Both the position numbers and the translations under genes were made by a program. Under the pieces are notes generated by a model. That model worked only from the letters and a program-made list of their open reading frames with translations. It ran no database searches and was not told the origin of the DNA. Of a stretch of 60,215 nt of DNA, positions 45,417 to 55,016 are shown in pieces (within the stretch, counting starts at the first letter, position 1; the number at the start of each line of letters is the position of its first letter). Source of the DNA: a virus. Taxonomy: Duplodnaviria > Caudoviricetes. The DNA lies in IMG/VR virus record IMGVR_UViG_3300012893_000001, positions 1 through 60,215 of that record, one strand, 5' to 3'.

Positions 45417-45561
45417 CGACGCGTACCGGATGTATGCCACCATCGGTAATATCGGCGGCTACGCAATCAACCTATCCCTGATTGACGAAGGGAGCGAAGG
45501 CGAGACAGCCATCGCCCTGACCGGAGATCTGGAATGTATAAGCGGGGAATTAATTAAATGA
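45325..45561 (+). CDS. hypothetical protein
   Basis: GGAG RBS; overlaps the upstream gene by 92 nt. Confidence 0.55.
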   Translation: MKVSIAINDVMLKEVISALVAAAVSPTALNNDAYRMYATIGNIGGYAINLSLIDEGSEGETAIALTGDLECISGELIK

Positions 45562-46136
45562 CTGATGCAACAGATATCGAGGCGCTGCGCCGCAGATCGA
45601 ACGACTTGCGCACCGCCGACCAGACGGACGCATTCATAGACCTGTTACTGGATAAGCTCGAAGCAGAACGCCAGCGGGCTGTCAAATTGGATGACCGAGC
45701 AAAATGTGCAGAGGCCGAGCGAGATAAAAACATCGCGTGGCACTCGAAGCAATTGAAACGCGCCAATGATTTAGAGGCAGAACTCGCAGCGCTGAAAGGC
45801 GATCAGGTGCTGGTGGCATACACAGATACTCTCTCATTAGAAACCCTGCAAGGCAATGGTATGGCTTGCATGTGGAAGCAAGGAAATGGTGCAGAATGGA
45901 GAGAGCAAATTCCACTATTCACCACCTCGCAAAAGCCGGTCGTGCATCCCGATACAAAACGTATGGATTGGCTCTGTGCCCACTGCGTGGAAGTTCGCGA
46001 CCCTCAGATGTACGGGAGTCACGCAATGTTTCACGCCCAACAGGACAGTGAGGAATGGGATTTGCCTCATCACACAACGTTACGTGAGCAGGTTGACGCA
46101 GCAATCGAGGCCGCTGGCGGCAAGGTGCAATCATGA
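45558..46136 (+). CDS. Ead/Ea22-like mosaic protein
   Basis: LLDKLEAE coil, D..RMDWL and LRE..DAAI motifs. Confidence 0.65.
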   Translation: MTDATDIEALRRRSNDLRTADQTDAFIDLLLDKLEAERQRAVKLDDRAKCAEAERDKNIAWHSKQLKRANDLEAELAALKGDQVLVAYTDTLSLETLQGNGMACMWKQGNGAEWREQIPLFTTSQKPVVHPDTKRMDWLCAHCVEVRDPQMYGSHAMFHAQQDSEEWDLPHHTTLREQVDAAIEAAGGKVQS

Positions 46137-46420
46137 ATGACGAATCAATGTGGCGTGCAGTTCACGCAATGAATGACGCAGCCGAGAAAGCCAATCGTGC
46201 GGCCAATCGGATTGAGGAGGCCACACAACAGCTGCGCGTCCTGTTCGAAGATGGGTACGGTGGCAACGCCCTGAAACTGATCGAACTGCTGGACGACGGC
46301 AAGGTGGAAACACTCGCAGAGTACTGCGCCCAAGCGGCTAAGGTCGTGGAGACATGGCCTCAGTGGAAACAGGACGGCGCTGACGTAACCAAATTCACAT
46401 TCAACGGGGTCAGGCCATGA
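46133..46420 (+). CDS. hypothetical protein
   Basis: ATGA overlaps; A...V.TWP.WK motif. Confidence 0.6.
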   Translation: MNDESMWRAVHAMNDAAEKANRAANRIEEATQQLRVLFEDGYGGNALKLIELLDDGKVETLAEYCAQAAKVVETWPQWKQDGADVTKFTFNGVRP

Positions 46421-46626
46421 GCGCATTGACGGTTAAGCAACTCAAGAAAGCACTGCGCGGCGTGCCTGACGACGCCGAGGTCGTACTGGTAGACCATGAC
46501 CATAGCGAAGATGAGTACAACGGCATCGCTCGTTTTGTCGGGCACGAAGCGTTTGGGGGAGTGCGATACGAAGCTGTCCGCAGCGAAGAAGGCGGTGCCG
46601 CAGATATCTTCTGGATACAGGTATGA
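46417..46626 (+). CDS. hypothetical protein
   Basis: LTVKQL...L...PDDAEV motif. Confidence 0.65.
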   Translation: MSALTVKQLKKALRGVPDDAEVVLVDHDHSEDEYNGIARFVGHEAFGGVRYEAVRSEEGGAADIFWIQV

Positions 46627-46754
46627 GAGAGATATATTTGTGGCGCAGTAATTTTCAGATAATGAAAAACTGGGTGGGGATCATACATGCGTATCAGTGG
46701 GCAAAGGATGCCGCAGCAGAAGGCAGATACATGGGAAATAAAAAGGGGCTTTAA
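46623..46754 (+). CDS. small hypothetical protein (43 aa)
   Basis: ATGA overlap; MREIYLW...NKKGL*. Confidence 0.45.
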   Translation: MREIYLWRSNFQIMKNWVGIIHAYQWAKDAAAEGRYMGNKKGL

Positions 46755-46768
46755 GCCCCTTCTTTTTT
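46740..46768. terminator. bidirectional terminator
   Basis: AAGGGGCT-TTA-AGCCCCTT flanked by an A-run and a T-run, between convergent blocks. Confidence 0.8.
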
Positions 46769-46939
46769 GTGCGCAACATTCAGCAACTCAATGCCATCCT
46801 CGGCGTGTCCCACATACCATTTAGTTTTCGATGTGCGCAGGATCTGGCCGAGTCTTTGCTGGGATACGCCAAGCTCCGCAGCTGCCTTTACGACAGACGG
46901 ATACTGCATCACCCACGCTTTCAACTCAGTCATTTTCAT
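46751..46939 (-). CDS. small Cro-like HTH protein
   Basis: SVVKAAAELGVSQQRLGQIL. Confidence 0.7.
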   Translation of the reverse strand: MKMTELKAWVMQYPSVVKAAAELGVSQQRLGQILRTSKTKWYVGHAEDGIELLNVAHKKEGA

Positions 46940-47469
46940 TCGTCGTTAGTCTCTTTAAGAAAGGAATGTTTATTGTAGTCCCTCGCGTCGAAATGTTCAA
47001 TCTCCTGATACCCCATCGTGCCGCGCTCAAAAGTGAATATCGTCTGACCAAGGTTGTTATCTTTGACCGGCTTGCCCGTGACAGGGTGCAGGAACCCAAC
47101 GCGGCCACGGCTGTACTGTATTGAACTGGCCGCGTCCAGTGCTTTGTGATACCAGTACGCACCGGTCTGGCTGTTCACGATGGCAACCACATTACGCCCG
47201 GCCAGCCCCGCCTCAATCCATTTATCGACCCACGGATCCACACTGCTGAATGGCGGGTTACACCACAGCCCGGCGTCAGGTGCGCAGAAGTCCGCCCATC
47301 GCAGCGCCAGCGCATCGTTAAACCAAATCGGCAGCTTTGAGTTACCCTCACAAGCCGCCGTGTCGATGGTCAAATTGTAGCGTTCCCGCAGACCTGTGAA
47401 GATACAGTCCGGTGTCCCCCAGAAATCTCTCAACTCTTTCGGGGTCTTGCTGGCATAGAAAGGCCTCAT
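46936..47469 (-). CDS. phage DNA N6-adenine methyltransferase (Dam-type)
   Basis: D.W.TP, D.AA...N, WCNPPFS, GRV.F. Confidence 0.85.
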   Translation of the reverse strand: MRPFYASKTPKELRDFWGTPDCIFTGLRERYNLTIDTAACEGNSKLPIWFNDALALRWADFCAPDAGLWCNPPFSSVDPWVDKWIEAGLAGRNVVAIVNSQTGAYWYHKALDAASSIQYSRGRVGFLHPVTGKPVKDNNLGQTIFTFERGTMGYQEIEHFDARDYNKHSFLKETNDE

Positions 47470-47693
47470 GCTTTAGGCCTTTGGTAGTGCCCGGCATAAT
47501 GCGGGAATCGTTTCAGGAATCTGGTCGCGGACAATTTCTTAGGGCTGCGTGACCCCCACGGGCGGTACAGCACGTACACCACTTTGTTGAGAACTTGCAG
47601 AGAGCACACCGTCACCGACGTGGCGGTTGCCCCGTCCCGCGTCGGACGGAAAATCCCGTTAAGCATAAACTGGCAATCGGATTCATTGATCAT
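47466..47693 (-). CDS. hypothetical protein
   Basis: ATGA overlaps. Confidence 0.55.
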   Translation of the reverse strand: MINESDCQFMLNGIFRPTRDGATATSVTVCSLQVLNKVVYVLYRPWGSRSPKKLSATRFLKRFPHYAGHYQRPKA

Positions 47694-47872
47694 GGCTTCT
47701 CCACCAAATCTATTAGCACGTTAGCTTGCTGTTTTACGCGGCAGTTTTCACATAACAGCACAGTTTGTGTACGTTGGTTGAAAATATGAGCCTTCTGCCC
47801 GCACCGGGAACTATCACCGTTAGGGTTGAGAAGTACTCCGCAGCCGACTGTATGCTTTTTAAATAACGTCAT
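47690..47872 (-). CDS. small Zn-finger protein
   Basis: CG.....CG.....LCENC; coupled to the primase gene. Confidence 0.55.
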   Translation of the reverse strand: MTLFKKHTVGCGVLLNPNGDSSRCGQKAHIFNQRTQTVLLCENCRVKQQANVLIDLVEKP

Positions 47873-50268
47873 GGTAACTCTCCTAATGGTGGGGCGGTTT
47901 CTTCTACAGCGAAGGCCAGACCTTTGAAGCCGGTTTGACTCCCGCGCTGTATGCGTTCGACGCCGGTTACGGCTGACTCAATGCCACGCATGAGCTGATC
48001 ACGTGACATCTTGAATCCACCGAACAGGTTAACCCATCCGCCGTAACGGTGATAAATCTGCAAGTCAGTCAGGAAGCCATTAGGATCCGGGCGCAACGTC
48101 TCTGATACGAATGACAGCGACGGAGACAGCGAGCGGCGCAGCAGCTGTTTCTGGAACATAGTGGCTTTCGCGTCGGTAAACTTGCCTTTAGTGCGCAGGT
48201 CGAACAGCCCACGGATAGCCCAGTTAGCGATGCCCGGCAGTTCTTTTAACAGGCGCTCAGTCAGCCCGGCATCTTCCCGCCCGGCGTGTGACTGGGTAAA
48301 TGGGAAGTACAGGATACGGTCAACGATGGAGCCAGACGGATCGTTAAAGTACGGGAATTCGTTTGCGATAAGCATCAGGCGCGTTGACATCGTGCTCGTG
48401 GCCGCGCTCAGGTACTTACGGTTAAAGGTGATGGCATCGTTACCTGAGATGCGTTTCAGGTTCTCCATGACCTGTGAACGTGTCGGCCCTTGCACATCCC
48501 CAGCGTCCGAAATGATAGCCAGCAATTTGCCGTCCATCGTCTGCAAGACAGGCGCTTCCGCCAGACCGGCCAGACCCGGAGAGGCCACGTTAAATTGACC
48601 GACCATCTCCGACATTACGCGGGCAATGGTCCCCTTCCCGGAACGTGGCTTACCCACCAGTACCGCGATTTTCTGGTGGCGGTAGTCATGCACCAGAGAG
48701 TACCCGCACCACTGGCGGAAGCATTCAATCATTTCCGGATCAGTACCCCACAGGCCGTTGATAAACTTTTCCCACTCAGGGCACTGCGCGCCCGGGTCGT
48801 AGTTGTATGTCAGGATATTCTGGGTCAGCAGATTGATATCGTGCTCAGGTTTGAAAGTATTCTCCCCTAAATTCAGAATGCCATTCTGGAAAACGATGGT
48901 GCTGTCAACAGGCCTGTCAGGCTCGCCACGCCACGCGGGCATCTTCGGCACACCTTCGGCCATCTTGGTCAGCAGGATGCCAAGGGAGCCGGACACGTCG
49001 GAGTTTGACGGCATTGTGTGTTCCATTGCCACGAGCAATTTATTGCGCAGGATTTCCCGGTCAAGGCATTCAAACACCTTGCCATTGAATTTATAAACTT
49101 CCTCCATGAAAACGAACATCTCACCATTCGGGCTGTACATGCGCATAAACATCTGGGCGTTGTTGGTCTGGTTCTTATTGAACCCGACTCCGTGCATGGC
49201 GATCGCGTCACCTTCCAGCGGATTAATCTTCGGCAACTTCGCCAGCGCGGGCAATTCTATTTCGTGCTGGATCTCTCCCACAGGGTCAGCACTGGCACCC
49301 GGTGGCAATCCGAAAGGCATATCCAGCCAGACCTGCAACGAACGGTTACCCGTGGCATTCTGTCCGTACTTATACGCATTGACGATAGGTTGCCACAGCT
49401 CGGCGTCATCCCACGGCGGGATGTTGTTCTCGTTCCAGTGTTCCAGCATCAGCTCGTGAGTACACGCCTGCGACAGGCCATAGTCGCGGCCAGCGGCGGC
49501 TGTCTTAAATGTGACCTGATTCCCGCCTTGGCCGCTGACCGCAATCTCGGCGCGCTGCGTCAGGTACTCAATATATTTGCCTTGGTTTGCCGGGCTGTCG
49601 TCAAAGTCGCCAATGCCTTGGGCAGATGCACCGCTGCGGGATTGCATCCACGCCACAAGCTCCGCGCCTTTCTCTGCCGTCAGCGGGAATTGCTGCACCA
49701 GTTGAGACAAGTTGTAGCGGTGCGTCGTTTCCGGGCAGTGATGCAGCTGATAAGGCATCGGGTTAGCGAGGTCTTTCTGGTGGTTGTACCCCGGAATGCG
49801 CATCACGCGGTCGGTATTGACCAGCGACTGGTCGGTGCCGAAATACAGCGCCAGTTGCTTCTGTGCCATACGCCATTCATCAGGCGTAGTCTGCCCGTCT
49901 ATAAACCAATAGGCGTGCCAGTGGGTAGGGTCGCGGTACAGGATAGCGTGCGGCGGTGACGGCCATGACGTAGGGAACGCCGCGCCATCGGAGTCAATGA
50001 ACACCGCCCGGAGAATATCCGTATCTTTCTGGTAGCGTCCGCCAGTTGTAGATCCGTTAACGCACATGAACACGCCGCAGCCCTGCGCCTGTTTGGTGCG
50101 CAGCTTTGCATCAGCGGCAAGGTCATATGCACCGTACCAGTGTTCGGCGTATGGGTCATTCCAATCAGACGGCATCTTCGGGTCATAGAAGGTCTGGAAC
50201 GTAACCGCAGGGGATGCCATACCCGTAAGCGCCCGCAGAAAGATGAGCGCCTGATCATAGTGGGTCAT
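47869..50268 (-). CDS. primase-helicase (RepB-type AEP primase plus D5/SF3 helicase)
   Basis: FIDSD, HAYW, RVMRIPG primase motifs; FQNG, G.PRSGKGT, LK.ISG.D helicase motifs. Confidence 0.9.
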   Translation of the reverse strand: MTHYDQALIFLRALTGMASPAVTFQTFYDPKMPSDWNDPYAEHWYGAYDLAADAKLRTKQAQGCGVFMCVNGSTTGGRYQKDTDILRAVFIDSDGAAFPTSWPSPPHAILYRDPTHWHAYWFIDGQTTPDEWRMAQKQLALYFGTDQSLVNTDRVMRIPGYNHQKDLANPMPYQLHHCPETTHRYNLSQLVQQFPLTAEKGAELVAWMQSRSGASAQGIGDFDDSPANQGKYIEYLTQRAEIAVSGQGGNQVTFKTAAAGRDYGLSQACTHELMLEHWNENNIPPWDDAELWQPIVNAYKYGQNATGNRSLQVWLDMPFGLPPGASADPVGEIQHEIELPALAKLPKINPLEGDAIAMHGVGFNKNQTNNAQMFMRMYSPNGEMFVFMEEVYKFNGKVFECLDREILRNKLLVAMEHTMPSNSDVSGSLGILLTKMAEGVPKMPAWRGEPDRPVDSTIVFQNGILNLGENTFKPEHDINLLTQNILTYNYDPGAQCPEWEKFINGLWGTDPEMIECFRQWCGYSLVHDYRHQKIAVLVGKPRSGKGTIARVMSEMVGQFNVASPGLAGLAEAPVLQTMDGKLLAIISDAGDVQGPTRSQVMENLKRISGNDAITFNRKYLSAATSTMSTRLMLIANEFPYFNDPSGSIVDRILYFPFTQSHAGREDAGLTERLLKELPGIANWAIRGLFDLRTKGKFTDAKATMFQKQLLRRSLSPSLSFVSETLRPDPNGFLTDLQIYHRYGGWVNLFGGFKMSRDQLMRGIESAVTGVERIQRGSQTGFKGLAFAVEETAPPLGELP

Positions 50269-50280
50269 GGAGTAGCCCTT

Positions 50281-50475
50281 TTATTTAGTGGCTTTAAGTA
50301 ACTTCTCGGCGATTTCCAGTTTAGCGGCGGGGATGACCGGCCCACTGTTGCGCAGGTACTGCGTGAGGCTTCCGATGGTGTACCCGGTGGCCTCCATAAC
50401 TTTGTCGGTGCCATAATCGGCCACCAAGGAAGTGAGCTGCTGCGTGCGGATGTGTGGGGTTTTATTTTTTACCAT
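50281..50475 (-). CDS. small HTH regulator
   Basis: VMEATGYTIGSLTQYLR; start MVKNK. Confidence 0.6.
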   Translation of the reverse strand: MVKNKTPHIRTQQLTSLVADYGTDKVMEATGYTIGSLTQYLRNSGPVIPAAKLEIAEKLLKATK

Positions 50476-50878
50476 TTTTAAAATTCTCAATGTAGGTTCT
50501 GACTTGCGCGGCGTCGGTAACGAATCCGCAGATGGCACCCAGTTGGGAGTACGCAGACAGGTGCGCAAACTGCGCCACTGCCCGGGCATCACTCTGGGAA
50601 AATTTCCAATCCGGCGCTTTATTCTCCAGATGGAGCGCCACCCCGAACACCCGGCCAACGTGATGAGGCTGTATCACAATCGGTACAACGCCTACACCAT
50701 CCGGGGTTTTATAAACTTCATTGAGCTGCTTCGAATCGTTACCCAGACCGAAGCGGATCATTGTATTCGATTTTGCGTCCATGCACGCGCCTGAGTTATT
50801 GCGCAGCAGTGAACCGCCGTATTCATTTTGGATGATTAATCGGGAGTCATCGAACCCGCGTTTCTCTGCTTTACTCAT
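50462..50878 (-). CDS. VRR-NUC-like nuclease
   Basis: L.RNN.G...IRFGL...PD.VG...E.K...Q...G.I.GF. Confidence 0.8.
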   Translation of the reverse strand: MSKAEKRGFDDSRLIIQNEYGGSLLRNNSGACMDAKSNTMIRFGLGNDSKQLNEVYKTPDGVGVVPIVIQPHHVGRVFGVALHLENKAPDWKFSQSDARAVAQFAHLSAYSQLGAICGFVTDAAQVRTYIENFKNGKK

Positions 50879-50914
50879 CGGAATCCTCTCATTAGTTATC
50901 GAAGCATACAGGAT

Positions 50915-50940
50915 AAATAAGACTTTGCAAAATTTTATTT
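50915..50940. promoter_or_regulatory. palindromic operator overlapping a leftward promoter
   Basis: AAATAA-GACT-TTGCAA-AATT-TTATTT; TATGCT 16 nt from TTGCAA on the - strand. Confidence 0.65.
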
Positions 50941-52695
50941 CAGTGTCTTGACGTGCTCAGTAATTTGCACGCTCAACTCGTGGGCTTCTTTTGGTTTCAG
51001 GGTCTGGGCGTTGTATACATCCACCCCGAAACGGCGGCGGAAAATCTCCTGTGCGGCGTGCTTCGGCATGTGCTCATGCAGTGACAGCCATTCGTACATC
51101 GCCGGGCGGAGGATATTATTTTGTGCGGTCTGCCACAGGCGATGTGACGCGGCCACGTTGGCTTTGCCCTGTGCGTACACCGACGACATGGACGCATACT
51201 GTTCTGGCATGATGAGCAGCTTTTGCAAATCCTCGGCGGCTTCCTGTTTGTACAGGATGTGCTGATCGTCCACGTCTTCCACGTTACCACGCAGCGCGGC
51301 CAGTTCCTCGGCGCTCACCATCTGTAACTTGCCTTCTTTGAATAGCGGCTTGCCACGCCCGTCGCTGACCGGTTGTTTCTGGCCGCATTGAGGACAGCAC
51401 GGCTTGGTGATCTGGTACACTTTCCCGCAGGCTACTTCTACCGCCATGCCGAATGCGGTACGGGTCACCTTTGCCCGGCACGTTGTCAGCGGGATATCGT
51501 TTTTATATTCGTCGTCATCAGTGCTGCCTTTCTTGGTGTCAAGCAGCGTCCAGTGATGCACTTTATCCGGCAGTCCGTGCTGCCGCCAGTTGCCTACATG
51601 ATCCAGCAGGAAGGCTTTCCCCTTCCCTTCCAGTGGGCGCAGTATTCGCCCAAAGGCTTGCATGTACCACTGCTTAGACATCGTGCGGCGGAGCATCTGC
51701 GCGCCTTCAATTGCCGGGAGGTCGAACCCTTCCGACACCAGATCCACCGTGTTGAGCACGAGGATTTGACCGGCGCGGAATTTAGTCAGCGTATCCTGCC
51801 GGGTTTTGAAATCGTTGCCACCATGCAGAACTGCCGCCGGAATACCGTGGCTGTTGTACTCATCGTTCACCGTCTGCGCGTGGGTGATGTCACAACAGAA
51901 GGTAACCATACGTTTGCCGTATTGCAGCTCGCGGTAATGCTTCACGATATCCCCGACAATGGTCGGCTTCATCATCTTGGCCGCTTGCTGCTTCGCGTTG
52001 TAGTCACCGCCCGCCGTGACGTTGACGTCGGACATATCAACTTCCTCAATCGGCGGCTCGTAGATGTCGTAATCGCACAGGTTGCCCATCTCTATCAGCG
52101 TGCGCATGGTCGGGCCGAATACCATCGTTTCAAAGATCCCATTAGCGGCCATGCTGCCCAGACCCTGACCGTCAGTCCGGCACGGTGTCGCGGTTACCCC
52201 CATCCATCGGGCGTTAGGCGTCAGGTCATACGCGGTGCCAAAGGTGTTATTTTTCAGGGTGTGGTGCGCTTCATCCGGGACACACAGGCCAACGCCCGCC
52301 AGCGTGAAGGAGAGTTGAGTCGGCTTGTTTTTATTCCACGAGTTGATGGTCGGCACACTGGCAACGAGCACCTTCGCCATATCGTCAACGTAGCTGCGGC
52401 CATGCTCCATAATGTGCAAGTTACCGCAGTGGCGTTTGTCCACATCGTTGGAAATAAACGTGTGGAAGACCTGTTCTTCTGCGAGCGCGGCGCTGATCTG
52501 GTAAATCAATTCTGCCCGGTGAACCTGAATCATTACTTTATAGCCGAGCTTTACGTAGTCCCGGACAATGTGAACGAGCGTGACTGTTTTCCCGGCACCC
52601 GTGGGCATGACAACGAGGACGCAGCGCACGCCCTGTTGCCACACGTTATACACTTCCCGGATGACCTGAGTCTGGTATGGTCTAAGTAATCGCAT
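50935..52695 (-). CDS. SF2 DEAH-box helicase
   Basis: LRPYQ, PTGAGKT, DEAHH, TATP.R.DG, EGFDLP, Q..GR.LR; C-terminal Zn ribbon. Confidence 0.92.
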   Translation of the reverse strand: MRLLRPYQTQVIREVYNVWQQGVRCVLVVMPTGAGKTVTLVHIVRDYVKLGYKVMIQVHRAELIYQISAALAEEQVFHTFISNDVDKRHCGNLHIMEHGRSYVDDMAKVLVASVPTINSWNKNKPTQLSFTLAGVGLCVPDEAHHTLKNNTFGTAYDLTPNARWMGVTATPCRTDGQGLGSMAANGIFETMVFGPTMRTLIEMGNLCDYDIYEPPIEEVDMSDVNVTAGGDYNAKQQAAKMMKPTIVGDIVKHYRELQYGKRMVTFCCDITHAQTVNDEYNSHGIPAAVLHGGNDFKTRQDTLTKFRAGQILVLNTVDLVSEGFDLPAIEGAQMLRRTMSKQWYMQAFGRILRPLEGKGKAFLLDHVGNWRQHGLPDKVHHWTLLDTKKGSTDDDEYKNDIPLTTCRAKVTRTAFGMAVEVACGKVYQITKPCCPQCGQKQPVSDGRGKPLFKEGKLQMVSAEELAALRGNVEDVDDQHILYKQEAAEDLQKLLIMPEQYASMSSVYAQGKANVAASHRLWQTAQNNILRPAMYEWLSLHEHMPKHAAQEIFRRRFGVDVYNAQTLKPKEAHELSVQITEHVKTLK

Positions 52696-53041
52696 TCGCA
52701 CAGTCCCAGTAAGGAAGCCCAGTTTTAATTATGCGTTGGCGCATATCCGAAGTACCCCGACCGCCGGGGAATATCACTGCGTATTCAGGGGCAGGGTCGC
52801 GGACTAGCATGGACTGGTTGCGGATTATCCCCGCACTTTTCCCGTATTTATCCCAATTCGCAGGGCATTTTATTTCAGGCACACCACGCGATACCGCCCA
52901 CATCCCACACAGGGTATCGACGCCCCGGGCACCGCCGTGTATAAGCCCGGACACAGCCCGCAGCCCGTGAAGGTAATCAAGACACCCAAAAATATAGCCG
53001 GTGTTAGTAAAGTCCCGGCCTCCAGTTACCACAATGATCAT
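52682..53041 (-). CDS. SLOG-family (DUF2493/YspA-like) protein
   Basis: VTGGRDF, IHGGARG.D, A.W..YG..AG..RN..M, FPGGRGT..M. Confidence 0.85.
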   Translation of the reverse strand: MIIVVTGGRDFTNTGYIFGCLDYLHGLRAVSGLIHGGARGVDTLCGMWAVSRGVPEIKCPANWDKYGKSAGIIRNQSMLVRDPAPEYAVIFPGGRGTSDMRQRIIKTGLPYWDCANAIT

Positions 53042-53066
53042 AAGACCTCCGCGTTAAGATGAGCCA

Positions 53067-53118
53067 ACAATAAACTTTAAAATAAAAAGTTGCAAAGATT
53101 TATTTTTGGTGTTTTACT
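53067..53118. promoter_or_regulatory. divergent promoter pair with palindromic operator
   Basis: AAATAA-AAAG-TTGCAA-AGAT-TTATTT (53080-53105); TTTACT (+) and TATTGT (-) each 17 nt from the central TTGCAA. Confidence 0.65.
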
Positions 53119-53163
53119 TCACTCCGACGGCAACAGTGGGTTGCTGATTCTGGAGAATAAACG

Positions 53164-53853
53164 ATGGGCGTTTTAGAAGACATTTTGGCAGCACTCAATT
53201 CTATTGACAGTAAGCTGGGCGGGAACAAAGTAAGCGCAGTGGCCGCAGCCGTCGCTGAAAATCTGGCGGACACCGACACCACTACTGTCAATGTAGGCAC
53301 CGCGCCAGACGCGCCGGTAACAGCAACTAATGACGGCACCGTCGAAGTAGACGCCCGCTCATTCCCGTGGGATGCACGTATCCATGCGAGCACTAAATCA
53401 AAAATTAAAGACCTTAGCTGGAAATCTAAGCGCGACGTTGACCCACAGCTTGTACTGGCAGTGGAAAACGAGTACCGTGCGCTCGGATTTGGTGCTCCTG
53501 AAACACCGGTTCCAGATCTGGCTCCTCTCACACCAAGCGCACAGACTGGCACGCCGACATTACCGGGCTTACCGGCTGGCCTGCCGCCTATCCCGGCAGC
53601 GAAAGCACCAGCGGTCACGGTAGAAATGCCGGTCATCGTAGAAGGCCAAGAGATTGACGACAACCTGATCATGCAGGTGGGCGCGGCGATGTACGCTAAA
53701 TACAAAGTCGAATTTATCGACCAGTGTTTCGCGCTGTTACAGATGCCGGAAGGTTCCAGCGTTAAGGACATTGATCCTAATTACCGCTGGCACTTCTACC
53801 TGATGGGCACCAGCGAGCAGTACCAACAGCACTGTGGTCTGGTCGTCGCGTAA
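53164..53853 (+). CDS. replication-module hypothetical protein
   Basis: D....PWD.RIH...K......W..KR.VD motif; Pro-rich linker; GGAG RBS. Confidence 0.7.
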   Translation: MGVLEDILAALNSIDSKLGGNKVSAVAAAVAENLADTDTTTVNVGTAPDAPVTATNDGTVEVDARSFPWDARIHASTKSKIKDLSWKSKRDVDPQLVLAVENEYRALGFGAPETPVPDLAPLTPSAQTGTPTLPGLPAGLPPIPAAKAPAVTVEMPVIVEGQEIDDNLIMQVGAAMYAKYKVEFIDQCFALLQMPEGSSVKDIDPNYRWHFYLMGTSEQYQQHCGLVVA

Positions 53854-55016
53854 TGCAGCACTCACACACAGGGCCGAGTAAAGCGGGTCTGTGGCTCAAC
53901 TGCGAGGCGTTCAGGGAGATGTCTTCCCTAGCGCCTCCAGAAGAAGATAAGCACGCCGCCATTGAAGGGCGTTGCTGTCACGCTGCCGCAGCGCTTTCAA
54001 TTGACGACGGGGTTTTCGATACGCTGCCATACGTCGGCAACGAATACGAAGGCATGATTTTCACCAAGGATTTAGCCGAGGCCACGAACCTGTATCCCGA
54101 CTACATCCGCACACAACGCTTAATCTGTATCGGTCTGGGCGGGGAGTATATCCAGAAGACTGAGCGCCGGGTAGATCTGACGTGGGTACACCCTAAGTTT
54201 TTCGGCACCGCAGACAGTATGTTTATCTTTCTGCAAGGCGTCACCGCCGAAGTTGTGGACTTAAAGATGGGTCGTACTCTGGTGGAACCTGATGACCCAC
54301 AACTGATGTGCTACGCACTGGAAGTTATCCACGAGCACCCGCACATTGAGCGCGTGGCTCTGACAATTGTCCAGCCGCGTCACCCACACGTTGACGGGGA
54401 AATCAGGACACACTGGGTAACACGCGATGAGCTGATGGCGTTTGCGCAGCTGGCCGCTCGGATGCAGGAATTGAATTATCAGAACGGCAGACCGGCAACC
54501 GCAGGCAGTCACTGCTGTTGGTGCCCGGCTTCCGGCAACTGTGACGCGCATCTGCAATACATCATGGCGCTGGTTCCGATTCACAACCTGCGCCCGGATG
54601 TGCTGACCGCTGACCAGATCGACAATCTGTTGCGCCACCAAAAACAGATTGAGGTATTTTTGAAACGTGTTACCGGCTTCGGTCTGGAACTGGCGAAGCG
54701 TGGCGAGACATTCAAAAACCTGAAAGTCGTTATGTCGAAAGGTCGCAGCATGACCACTGACATGCCGGTTGACCAGTTCGCCAAAATGGTACATCGCATC
54801 ACCGGGCAAACTGTGGATCTGGATGCAGTAGCGCCCCGGAAACTGGGGGCGATATCGAAAATACGTGAGGAGTACGGCGACAGTATCGCCAAGCTCATCA
54901 CGAAGGAAGGCAGCGAGACAATGGCGCTCGTTCCTCTTACGGATAAGAACACGGCTATCGCAATTAACCCGATGGCAAATTTATTGGATACACCAATCCC
55001 GGAGTTTAAAAAATAA
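53853..55016 (+). CDS. Cas4-like exonuclease (DUF2800)
   Basis: PS....W..C, EG...H, GTAD, DLK.G, QL..YA, HC.WCPA...C. Confidence 0.85.
   Translation: MQHSHTGPSKAGLWLNCEAFREMSSLAPPEEDKHAAIEGRCCHAAAALSIDDGVFDTLPYVGNEYEGMIFTKDLAEATNLYPDYIRTQRLICIGLGGEYIQKTERRVDLTWVHPKFFGTADSMFIFLQGVTAEVVDLKMGRTLVEPDDPQLMCYALEVIHEHPHIERVALTIVQPRHPHVDGEIRTHWVTRDELMAFAQLAARMQELNYQNGRPATAGSHCCWCPASGNCDAHLQYIMALVPIHNLRPDVLTADQIDNLLRHQKQIEVFLKRVTGFGLELAKRGETFKNLKVVMSKGRSMTTDMPVDQFAKMVHRITGQTVDLDAVAPRKLGAISKIREEYGDSIAKLITKEGSETMALVPLTDKNTAIAINPMANLLDTPIPEFKK

Noticed and set aside
51373-52689. Long antisense ORFs (also 4991-5800, 7289-8140, 10508-11410, 24493-25446, 49018-49959)
   Set aside because: Shadow frames opposite well-supported genes, expected from codon bias; no recognisable motifs
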